In this document: positions 1 through 7,571 of the stretch, piece after piece | Position numbering within the stretch: the stretch's first letter is position 1 | Layout: each line of letters starts with the position of its first letter | Assembly (NCBI GenBank): GCA_031278495.1 | Contig: JAITKG010000001.1 | Coordinates: forward strand, 1-32,279 | From: Prevotellaceae bacterium | GTDB lineage: Bacteria > Bacteroidota > Bacteroidia > Bacteroidales > UBA932 | Reading direction: 5' to 3' | Length of the DNA: 32,279 bases | Notes under the pieces: generated by a model | The model's input: only the letters and a program-made list of their open reading frames with translations | What the model was told of the DNA's origin: nothing | Database searches by the model: none | Position numbers and translations under genes: made by a program

Positions 1-40
1 AAAAAGAATTGATTTTCCCTTTCAACGCTTTTTTCAATAC

Positions 41-114
41 GGGGGATTAGCTCAGTTGGCTAGAGCACCTGCCCTGCAAGCAGGGGGTCGTCGGTTCGAC
101 TCCGACATCCTCCA
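41..114 (+). tRNA. tRNA-Ala (anticodon UGC), CCA not encoded
   Basis: Hand-folded cloverleaf. Acceptor stem GGGGGAU/AUCCUCC with G3:U70 (the Ala identity pair). D stem GCUC/GAGC. Anticodon stem CCUGC/GCAGG with 7-nt loop CCUGCAA (UGC at positions 34-36). 5-nt variable loop. T arm GUCGG-UUCGACU-CCGAC. Discriminator A, followed by CAAAAA. Confidence 0.9.
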
Positions 115-127
115 CAAAAATGAAATC

Positions 128-157
128 AGGCAACTTTAACCGGGTTGCTTTTTTTAT
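128..157 (+). terminator. Putative intrinsic terminator after the tRNA
   Basis: GGCAAC (129-134) pairs with GTTGCT (144-149) around a 9-nt loop, then a T-run (149-155, tttttttatttt). Confidence 0.5.
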
Positions 158-163
158 TTTTCT

Positions 164-171
164 TACCTTTG
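164..171 (+). promoter_or_regulatory. Bacteroidota-type -7 box TACCTTTG (TAnnTTTG) for the GH9 gene
   Basis: Exact TAnnTTTG match, with 19 nt between the box and the ATG at 191. Confidence 0.45.
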
Positions 172-190
172 CCAAAGTTTAATTTATAAT

Positions 191-2680
191 ATGAAAAAAC
201 ATTATTTTCTTCTCCTCTGCCTTTTTTCCTTAAATTATGCCGCTGCCGGGCAACCGGCTTGGATACGCATCAATCAATTGGGCTATATTCCGCACAGTGT
301 GAAAGTGGCGGTTTTCCTCTCGCAAACCGAAGCGGCTACGCGGGATTTTGTGGTGAAAGATGCGGATAGCGGGGAGATTGTTTTCTCGGGACAAGGCATT
401 GCTGCGAATGCCGGAAGATGGGGCATGGCCAATGCGTTGCGGCTGAATTTTTCACCGCTGGAACGCACCGGCGGCTATTATATTGAATGCAATGGCGCTG
501 CTTCTCCTGTTTTCAAGATTGACGCCGGCGTGTACGACGGTACGGCGGATTTTATTTTGAACTACATGCGGCAGCAACGTTGCGGCTTCAATCCATATTT
601 GGATACCCTTTGCCACCAGCATGACGGGTTTATTGCCGGACATCCGACCCGCAACGGCGAACCGATTGACGTGCGCGGCGGCTGGCACGATGCTTCGGAT
701 TATTTGCAATACCTGCCGACGTCGGCAAATGCGGTGTTTCAACTGCTGTTTGCCTGGCAGCAAACGCCGGATAAAACTGTTTTCAAAGATGCGCATGACG
801 CAGCCGGCAAAAAAGGAAAGAACGGCATTCCCGATATTTTGGACGAAATACGCTGGGGGTTGGAATGGATGGCGCGCATGAATCCCGAACCGGGAGTGAT
901 GTTCAACCAGATTGCCGACGACCGCGACCATGCCAAGATGCGCATCCCTGCTTACGATAGCGTAGACTACGGTTGGGGAAAAGGCACGGGACGGCCGGTA
1001 TTTTTCATCACCGGAAAGCCACAGGGATTGCGGCAGTATAAAAACCGGACGGAAGGCGTGTCGTCAAGCGCAGCCAAGTTCGCTTCGGCTTTCGCACTGG
1101 GCGCTGCCGTTTTCCGGGACGTCGACCCTGCTTTTGCCGCTATACTGAATGAAAAAGCGGCGCCGGCTTTTGCCTTTGCCGCATCGGATTTGGGATGCAC
1201 GCAAACGATGTGCACCGTATCGCCTTATTTTTATGAAGAAGACAATTACGCAGATGATATGGAACTGGCCGCCGCCGTCCACTATGCCGTTACCCGCGAC
1301 GAAGAATGGCTGGAAAAAGCCGATTACTGGGGGCAACTCGAAGAGGTTACGCCCTGGATGGAACTCGGCAGGGCGCGCCATTACCAGTTTTATCCTTTTG
1401 TCAACCTTGGGCATTTTTACCTTGCGCAATCCGGCGATAAAGCTATCGAAGAAAAGTATGCCGGCTTTATGAAACAAGGGCTGGAATGCCTGTTGAAACG
1501 CGCCCGGGAGTATGGCGACCCATTCCTCAACGGCATACCGTTCATTTGGTGTTCAAACAATCTGGTGGCGGCGGCTATTACGCAAGCGCGCTTATATTAT
1601 CAGGCTGCCGGCGATGAAACCTATCTGGAAATGGAAGCGGCGTTGCGCGACTGGCTGTTCGGCTGCAATCCGTGGGGCGCTTCCATGATTTGCGGCTTGC
1701 CTGCCGACGGCGCTTCGCCCCGCAAGCCCCATTCGTTTGTATCGGAACTGATGCACGACATTCCTTACGGCGGATTGGTGGATGGTCCAATTTACCGTTC
1801 TATTTATGAAGGTCTGCGGGGTATTCATTTGAAATACGACGACCCGTATGCGGCTTTTCAATCCGGCGCAGCCGTATACCACGACGACCCGGGCGATTAT
1901 TCTTCCAATGAGCCGACAATGGATGGCACCGCCAGCCTCAGTTTTTATTTATCGGCAATGGAAAAAGCCGGCAAACTGCAACGGGGAACGGCAAACATCG
2001 TAACCGACCGCTGGGGCGCGACCGTCAAAATAAATACCGGCAGGAAAACAGTGCATCTGGTTTTCCCTGCCGACAGCGCATTTGAAGGCGCAGAGGCGGT
2101 ATTGAAAACATTGGCGAAGCACAGGATTAAAGCCTCTTTCTTCCTTACCGGAAATTGCCTGAAAACAAAAAAGTATGAACGGGTGATTAAAGAAATTATC
2201 CGCAAAGGGCATTATGTAGGGGGACATTCGGACGCCCATCTGCTTTATGCTTCATGGGATGGCGGCCGGCCGTCGCTGGTGACGGCGGATAGCTTAACGC
2301 GCGACTTTCGCCGCAATATGGCTGCATTGGAAAAATTCGGCATAGAGGTAGCGCAGCTCCGGTATTTTCTTCCGCCCTATGAACATTACAATGCCGGACA
2401 GGTGCGGCTGATAGCGGCATTGGGGCAGTCCGTCATCAATTATACGCCCGGCGTGCGGACGGCGGCTGATTATACCACGCCCGACATGCCGAATTATGCC
2501 TCTTCCCGCGAACTGATAGACTGGTTGTTTGCCTTTGAGGAAGAACACGGCTTAAACGGCGGCATCCTCCTTATCCATCCCGGCACGCACGAAAGCCGCA
2601 CCGATAAACTCTACCTGCATTTGGACGAAATCATCGGGAAACTCCGCAAAAAAGGCTATTCCTTCGAACGGCTGTTTTAA
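191..2680 (+). CDS. Secreted glycoside hydrolase family 9 (N-terminal Ig-like domain) fused to a C-terminal polysaccharide deacetylase (NodB/CE4-like) domain
   Basis: ATG at 191, TAA at 2678-2680, signal peptide MKKHYFLLLCLFSLNYAAAG. CelD_N-like start IRINQLGYIPHSVKVAVF. GH9-like motifs RGGWHDASDYLQY, FGCNPWGASMICG..PRKPHS and SSNEPTMDGTA. From about nt 2030 onward the deacetylase-like motifs are KTVHLVFPADSAFEGAEAVLKTLAKHRIKASFFLTG, GHYVGGHSDAH and LLIHPGTHE. Confidence 0.8.
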   Translation: MKKHYFLLLCLFSLNYAAAGQPAWIRINQLGYIPHSVKVAVFLSQTEAATRDFVVKDADSGEIVFSGQGIAANAGRWGMANALRLNFSPLERTGGYYIECNGAASPVFKIDAGVYDGTADFILNYMRQQRCGFNPYLDTLCHQHDGFIAGHPTRNGEPIDVRGGWHDASDYLQYLPTSANAVFQLLFAWQQTPDKTVFKDAHDAAGKKGKNGIPDILDEIRWGLEWMARMNPEPGVMFNQIADDRDHAKMRIPAYDSVDYGWGKGTGRPVFFITGKPQGLRQYKNRTEGVSSSAAKFASAFALGAAVFRDVDPAFAAILNEKAAPAFAFAASDLGCTQTMCTVSPYFYEEDNYADDMELAAAVHYAVTRDEEWLEKADYWGQLEEVTPWMELGRARHYQFYPFVNLGHFYLAQSGDKAIEEKYAGFMKQGLECLLKRAREYGDPFLNGIPFIWCSNNLVAAAITQARLYYQAAGDETYLEMEAALRDWLFGCNPWGASMICGLPADGASPRKPHSFVSELMHDIPYGGLVDGPIYRSIYEGLRGIHLKYDDPYAAFQSGAAVYHDDPGDYSSNEPTMDGTASLSFYLSAMEKAGKLQRGTANIVTDRWGATVKINTGRKTVHLVFPADSAFEGAEAVLKTLAKHRIKASFFLTGNCLKTKKYERVIKEIIRKGHYVGGHSDAHLLYASWDGGRPSLVTADSLTRDFRRNMAALEKFGIEVAQLRYFLPPYEHYNAGQVRLIAALGQSVINYTPGVRTAADYTTPDMPNYASSRELIDWLFAFEEEHGLNGGILLIHPGTHESRTDKLYLHLDEIIGKLRKKGYSFERLF

Positions 2681-2690
2681 CGCAGCAAAC

Positions 2691-2832
2691 GCCGGCTAAT
2701 GTGCTAATGTGACTAATGTGTTAATGTGACTAATTGGGCTGGCGCCGGCTAATGTGAAAATGTGGAGATGTGAAGATGTGAAAATGTGGCTGGCGCGCCA
2801 GCAACTTTCAACTCTCAACTTTCAACTGAAAG
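2691..2832 (+). repeat. Tripartite word-repeat element, copy A: (CTAATGTG)n - GGCTGGCGCCGGC - (AAGATGTG-type octamers)n - palindrome GCTGGCGCGCCAGC - (AACTTTC)n
   Basis: Read directly. About five TAATGTG units at 2696-2745, four xxxATGTG octamers at 2757-2788, a perfect 14-bp palindrome at 2789-2802, and AACTTTC heptamers at 2803-2830. The same architecture occurs in reverse complement at 15968-16128. Confidence 0.85.
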
Positions 2833-2849
2833 CTGGGTGCAAAAAAGAA

Positions 2850-2883
2850 CTGCCGGTGCAGAAATGCGCCGGCGGTTTTTTTT
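2850..2883. terminator. Bidirectional intrinsic terminator between the convergent GH9 gene and argC
   Basis: CTGCCGGTGC (2850-2859) pairs with GCGCCGGCGG (2866-2875): 10 bp including 2 G:U pairs, loop AGAAAT. T8 follows on the + strand (2876-2883). A6 precedes it (2841-2846), which gives a T-run on the - strand. Confidence 0.75.
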
Positions 2884-2932
2884 GAAATCTTTAAGTCAGG
2901 AACTGGCTGGCGGGGCAGCTAATTCTTAATTC

Positions 2933-3913
2933 TCAGAATCCGGCGCTTTTCAGGCGCAGCCCGCAATCTTCGGGAAATCCGGAAAGCAGGTTCATGTTTT
3001 GCACGGCCTGTCCGGATGCGCCTTTCAGGAGGTTGTCAATGGCAGCGGTGATATGTATGTAGCCGTTATGAAAATGAAGCTGGAGTAATGCCTTATTGGT
3101 GTTCACCACTTCTTTCAGGCTTATCGTTCCGGCGGCAAGGTGCACGAACGGCGACGGCGCATAATAATTCCTGTAGTATTCCTGCACCTGTTCTGCCGCC
3201 ACATTTTCCGGCAGCCGTGTAAGGACGGATGCGAAGATACCCCGCGTAAAATCACCACGTACGGGAATCATATTGACAGGCGGAATAACGCCGCCCGCCA
3301 GCGTCGCCAGCGTCCGGTTAATTTCCGCCAGGTGTTGGTGCGTAAAGGGTTTGTAGATGGACAGGTTGGATGCGCGGTAACTGAAATGCGTTGTTTCGCC
3401 GGGCTGTTTTCCTGCGCCGGTTGCGCCGGTAATGGCGTGAATATGCACGTCGGACGTTAGCAAACGGGCAGCCGCCAGAGGCGCTAACGCTAAGATAACA
3501 GCTGTGGCGAAGCATCCGGGATTGGCTACATAACCGGCGCGCCGGATGTCTTCTTTGAACCATTCGGGCATGCCGTAGACAAACGTTTTATCGCCAAACG
3601 TATTGTCCACGCGGAAATCATTACCCAAGTCGATAATTTTGCAGTGCGCGGGCAAGGAGTGCGTGCGCAGAAATTCCCGCGATGCGCCGTGCGCCAAGCA
3701 AAGGAAGAGAACATCGGGTTCGCCCGGATCGCCGGTAAAATACAAATCGCAATCGCCATACAGGTCTTTATGTACTGCTGATACCGCCTGCCCGTGCCGG
3801 CTGCCTGTCAGCAATGCGCCAATTTCCACATACGGGTGGTTCAGCAATACGCGTATCAGTTCCCCTCCGGTGTAGCCGGTCGCGCCGGCAATCGCAACTT
3901 TAATCGTTTTCAT
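2933..3913 (-). CDS. argC: N-acetyl-gamma-glutamyl-phosphate reductase
   Basis: MKTIKVAIAGATGYTGGELIRVLLNHP Rossmann N-terminus and NPGCFATA active-site Cys motif. TGA at 2933-2935. ATG at 3913 is preferred; the alternative ATG at 3922 adds MPS. The gene overlaps the argG stop (3900-3902). Confidence 0.9.
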   Translation of the reverse strand: MKTIKVAIAGATGYTGGELIRVLLNHPYVEIGALLTGSRHGQAVSAVHKDLYGDCDLYFTGDPGEPDVLFLCLAHGASREFLRTHSLPAHCKIIDLGNDFRVDNTFGDKTFVYGMPEWFKEDIRRAGYVANPGCFATAVILALAPLAAARLLTSDVHIHAITGATGAGKQPGETTHFSYRASNLSIYKPFTHQHLAEINRTLATLAGGVIPPVNMIPVRGDFTRGIFASVLTRLPENVAAEQVQEYYRNYYAPSPFVHLAAGTISLKEVVNTNKALLQLHFHNGYIHITAAIDNLLKGASGQAVQNMNLLSGFPEDCGLRLKSAGF

Positions 3914-5087
3914 GGACGGCATAATATATTTTTAACGGGTTGGCAAGGACTTTTGTAAAGCCGGTCACATCGGCGCCGGTGAATGATTTATTGGTTTCGC
4001 CGTATGCGCCGAACTTCGCATTCATTAAATCATAGGGCGACGAACACCCGCGCACGGCAAAGTGGTAAGGCATCAGTTCCGTTTCCACCACGCCGGTAAC
4101 GAACTTTTGCGTGTCTTCCAAAAACGCCTCGATATTCCGCGCCAGCGGGTCGAGGTATTGCGCTTCGTGCATCAGTTGCCCGTACCAGCCGGCAAGTTGG
4201 TCTTTCCAGTAGAGTTGCCCTTTGGTGAGCGTATGTTTTTCGAGCAGGTGATGGCTTTTAATAATAATCATCGGCGCGGGGGCTTCAAAAGCCACGCGCC
4301 CTTTGATACCAATGATTGTATCCCCCACATGCGTATCGCGACCGATGGCAAACCTTGCCGCCGTTGCATTCAGTTGCCGGATGAGTTCCACCGGCGGAAG
4401 CGGCTTACCGTTCAATGCCGCCGGCTCGCCTTTATGGAAGGTTATGCTGATTTTCTCCGGAGCGGTGGCGGTGGGCTGCGAGGGATAGGCGCTTGCCGGA
4501 AGGCAGGTATCGGACGTCAACGTTTCCGCCCCGCCAATGCTCGTTCCCCACAGTCCCTGGTTGATGGAATATTTAGCTTTTTCCCATGCCAGCGCGCATC
4601 CGTTCCCGGCTAAATAATCAATTTCTTCCTGCCTGCTCAATGCCAGCTCGCGGATGGGCGCAATGATTTCCACGCCGGGCGCCATCACTTCAAACACCAA
4701 ATCGAAACGCACCTGGTCGTTGCCGGCGCCGGTGCTGCCGTGCGCCACGTGCGTAGCGCCGATTTTTTGGGCATGCCGCAATACCGCCAACGCCTGAAAC
4801 ACCCGCTCGGAACTTACCGACAACGGATAAGTGGCATTTTTCAGGATATTGCCGAAAATAAGGTACCGGATACCTTTACTGTAATACTCCTCCACCGCAT
4901 CAACCGTCGTATGCGTGGCCGCGCCCAGCGAAAGGGCGCGTTCCCGGATGCGCGTTTCCTCGACTGGGGAAAACCCGCCGGTATTCACTAATACCGTATG
5001 CACTTCCATTCCCCGTTCATTTTTCAGGTATGGCACACAAAAGGATGTATCTAATCCCCCACTAAATGCTAAAACAACTTTTTTCAT
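3900..5087 (-). CDS. argG: Argininosuccinate synthase
   Basis: MKKVVLAFSGGLDTS N-terminal ATP-pyrophosphatase motif. Length of 395 aa and overall pattern are typical of ArgG. ATG at 5085-5087, TAA at 3900-3902. Confidence 0.92.
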   Translation of the reverse strand: MKKVVLAFSGGLDTSFCVPYLKNERGMEVHTVLVNTGGFSPVEETRIRERALSLGAATHTTVDAVEEYYSKGIRYLIFGNILKNATYPLSVSSERVFQALAVLRHAQKIGATHVAHGSTGAGNDQVRFDLVFEVMAPGVEIIAPIRELALSRQEEIDYLAGNGCALAWEKAKYSINQGLWGTSIGGAETLTSDTCLPASAYPSQPTATAPEKISITFHKGEPAALNGKPLPPVELIRQLNATAARFAIGRDTHVGDTIIGIKGRVAFEAPAPMIIIKSHHLLEKHTLTKGQLYWKDQLAGWYGQLMHEAQYLDPLARNIEAFLEDTQKFVTGVVETELMPYHFAVRGCSSPYDLMNAKFGAYGETNKSFTGADVTGFTKVLANPLKIYYAVHEND

Positions 5088-5097
5088 ATTTGATTGC

Positions 5098-5128
5098 TAA
5101 TAATTCCTAATTCTTAATTCCTAATTTT
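5098..5128 (-). repeat. Heptamer tandem repeat (TAATTCC/TAATTCT on +; GGAATTA/AGAATTA in gene sense), about 4.5 copies
   Basis: taa-taattcc-taattct-taattcc-taatttt read directly. It spans the argG-GNAT spacer and encodes the last residues (KKLGIKN-stop) of the GNAT gene. Confidence 0.85.
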
Positions 5129-5700
5129 TTCATGACCGCCGACCACTGGTTATTTACTGCCGGCCGTTTGTAAGCGGGGTCATAGAGCAAAGCCGTGCAG
5201 AGGCACATTTTATGATTGTTGCGCTCCAGTATATCATAGTTGCGGCAACCTTTGCAGCCTTCCCAGAACTCCGGGTCTTCGGTCAATTCGGCGAATGGCA
5301 CCGGGCGGAAACCCAACTCATAATTGATTTTCATTACCGCCGTGCCGGTAGTGATACTGAAGATTTTTGCTTTGGGATATAATTTCTTTGACAGTTCAAA
5401 AACTTTCCGCTTGATATGCCGCGCCAGCCCGATTTTCCGGTAGGCGTGCGCCACAATAAGCCCGGAGTTGGCGACAAACTGTTTATGCCCCCATGTTTCG
5501 ATATACGAAAAGCCTGCGAGTTCGCCGCCGTCAAGGGCGATCACGGCTTTGCCGTCCCGCATTTTCTTTTTGATATATTCAGGGTCCCGTTTGGCAATGC
5601 CCGTGCCTCTTTCCTGCGCCGATATATACATCAGTTCGCAGATTTTTTCTGCCCACTTCACATGGCTTTCATTTGCCTCACAGATGACAATTTTGCTCAT
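5107..5700 (-). CDS. GNAT-family N-acyltransferase, first gene of the arg cluster (candidate N-acyl-glutamate synthase)
   Basis: 197 aa. Acyl-CoA binding-type motif YRKIGLARHIKRK. Sits directly upstream of argG-argC on the same strand (19-nt spacer). ATG at 5698-5700. Confidence 0.7.
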   Translation of the reverse strand: MSKIVICEANESHVKWAEKICELMYISAQERGTGIAKRDPEYIKKKMRDGKAVIALDGGELAGFSYIETWGHKQFVANSGLIVAHAYRKIGLARHIKRKVFELSKKLYPKAKIFSITTGTAVMKINYELGFRPVPFAELTEDPEFWEGCKGCRNYDILERNNHKMCLCTALLYDPAYKRPAVNNQWSAVMKKLGIKN

Positions 5701-5876
5701 CTATATATTTTGGTTTGCTCCCGTATAATGCAGGGATGATTGGTTGGTTGATTGGTTAATTGCAGCCGGTGCGAATGCCGCCGGCATCCCGTATGCCTTT
5801 TTCAGGCGCATCGTCGGACGTGCCGTTTTTTCCGGTGGGGAATAATGATATGACGGTTTTTATTCATAAACGGCTG

Positions 5877-5884
5877 CAAAGGTA
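5877..5884 (-). promoter_or_regulatory. Candidate -7 box TACCTTTG for the GNAT-argG-argC operon
   Basis: Exact TAnnTTTG on the minus strand, about 175 nt upstream of the GNAT ATG. It is immediately followed (minus sense) by TATGAATAAAAACC, which matches an ARG-box left half (TGAAT + A/T4). Confidence 0.3.
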
Positions 5885-6084
5885 ATTATTTTTTTTAATT
5901 ACAATGTTAAGAGGCTAAAAAGTTTTTTGCACGGGTGCCTAACGCAGCAGATTCTTCGACTCCGCCTGGAATGACGGGGCGATGAACAACGAATAATGAA
6001 CAATGAAGCCCTGCTCCGTTCCCCATACACCGTTTGCTGCGCGAAGCGCCGGCGCAAAACGGAAGAAAGGTGAAAGAAAATCCG

Positions 6085-6092
6085 TACCTTTG
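6085..6092 (+). promoter_or_regulatory. Candidate -7 box TACCTTTG for nhaC
   Basis: Exact TAnnTTTG, with 31 nt between the box and the ATG at 6124. Confidence 0.4.
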
Positions 6093-6123
6093 TTCCCGGT
6101 AAACGAAAAATAACGCGGATGAA

Positions 6124-7569
6124 ATGAAAAAACAACCTGCTAAATCCCCTTCCCTGTTCGTGTCGTTGATACCGGTGGTAGTACTGGTCGGGCTGTTGTT
6201 TGGGACAATATCCCTGTTCGGCGGCAATACATTGTCCGGCGGCAGCCAGATTACTTTACTTATAGCGGCGGCGGTATGCTGCGCCATAGCCATATTGCAC
6301 TGCAAAACCGCATGGGACGCCATCGAGAAAACCATTATCAACAGTATCGCCGGCGTGGCGCCCGCCATATTGATACTGTTAATTATCGGTGCGCTGGCGG
6401 GCAGCTGGATGATTAGCGGAATCGTTCCCACGCTGATATATTACGGCATTCAAATCATCCATCCGGATTTTTATTTGGTTTCGACGTGCATCATCTGCGC
6501 CGTTGTGTCGGTGATGACCGGTACCTCGTGGACGACTATCGCAACTATCGGCATTGCCTTGCTGGGCATCGGTCAGGCGCAGGGCTTCCCGCCCGGTTGG
6601 ATTGCCGGCGCAATTATTTCCGGCGCCTATTTCGGCGATAAAATTTCGCCGTTGTCGGATACCACCGTCCTGGCGTCTTCCACTACCGGTACGCCTTTGT
6701 TTACGCACATCCGCTATATGATGATTACTACCGTTCCGTCCATGTTGATAACGCTGGTTATTTTTACGGTGGCGGGGTTTGTGCATACCCCTGCGGCAAC
6801 CGGCGATGTGGCGGTTTATGTGGATAAACTGGAAGAAACGTTTACTATTTCCTTATGGTTGCTGCTGGTGCCGGCGGTAACTATTTTTATGATTATAAAA
6901 AAAGTTCCGGCAATTATTACCCTGTTCCTGTCGGCGATGGTGGCGGGCGTTGTGGCGCTGTTTGTCCAGCCGCATTTGTTGCACGAGATAGCGGGGGCGG
7001 CGTCGCCGGAAAGCTTAGCCTCGAAATGCAAAGGGCTGCTGGTAACTTTTTACGGCAGCACACACATTGACGCCGGCAATGCGGCATTGAACGATTTGAT
7101 TTCAACTAACGGCATGGCGGGGATGCTCAATACCGTGTGGGTTATTATTTGCGCTATGGCTTTTTCCGGCGCCATGACTGCCAGCGGCATGCTGCAAGTC
7201 ATCACCACGTCGTTCATGCGCCTGATGAAACGCACGGTGAGCATGGTAACATCTACTGTTTGTTCCGGCATTATCCTGAACCTTATCGCCGCCGACCAGT
7301 ACATTGCCATTATCCTTACGGGAAGCATGTTCAAAGATATTTACCGGGAGAAAGGCTTTGAAAGCCGCCTCCTGAGCCGCACCACCGAAGACGCCGTTAC
7401 CGTTACTTCGCCGCTGGTGCCCTGGAATACCTGCGGGATGACGCAATCGAGTATACTCGGTATATCCACGTTTGTGTATTTGCCTTATTGCTTTTTCAAT
7501 TTGATAAGCCCGTTGATGAGTATCCTTATAGCCGCCTTAGGGTATAAAATTTACAGGCGTAAGCCATGA
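6124..7569 (+). CDS. nhaC: Na+/H+ antiporter, NhaC family
   Basis: 481 aa polytopic membrane protein with about 11-12 hydrophobic segments. The N-terminus KSPSLFVSLIPVVVLVGLL and overall length and pattern are typical of the NhaC family. ATG at 6124, TGA at 7567-7569. Confidence 0.75.
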   Translation: MKKQPAKSPSLFVSLIPVVVLVGLLFGTISLFGGNTLSGGSQITLLIAAAVCCAIAILHCKTAWDAIEKTIINSIAGVAPAILILLIIGALAGSWMISGIVPTLIYYGIQIIHPDFYLVSTCIICAVVSVMTGTSWTTIATIGIALLGIGQAQGFPPGWIAGAIISGAYFGDKISPLSDTTVLASSTTGTPLFTHIRYMMITTVPSMLITLVIFTVAGFVHTPAATGDVAVYVDKLEETFTISLWLLLVPAVTIFMIIKKVPAIITLFLSAMVAGVVALFVQPHLLHEIAGAASPESLASKCKGLLVTFYGSTHIDAGNAALNDLISTNGMAGMLNTVWVIICAMAFSGAMTASGMLQVITTSFMRLMKRTVSMVTSTVCSGIILNLIAADQYIAIILTGSMFKDIYREKGFESRLLSRTTEDAVTVTSPLVPWNTCGMTQSSILGISTFVYLPYCFFNLISPLMSILIAALGYKIYRRKP

Positions 7570-7571
7570 CG

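Noticed and set aside
2691-2832. Possible CRISPR array or MITE
   Set aside because: The repeat period is only 7-9 nt, with no unique spacers and no cas genes, so it is not a CRISPR. No terminal inverted repeats or target-site duplication were seen, so I make no MITE call.
4062-4613. 183-aa plus-strand ORF
   Set aside because: Antisense to argG, Arg-rich. Judged spurious.
5907-6431. 174-aa minus-strand ORF spanning the nhaC promoter and 5' end
   Set aside because: It overlaps the strongly supported nhaC start on the opposite strand and runs through intergenic repeat words. It has no motif and no plausible promoter.
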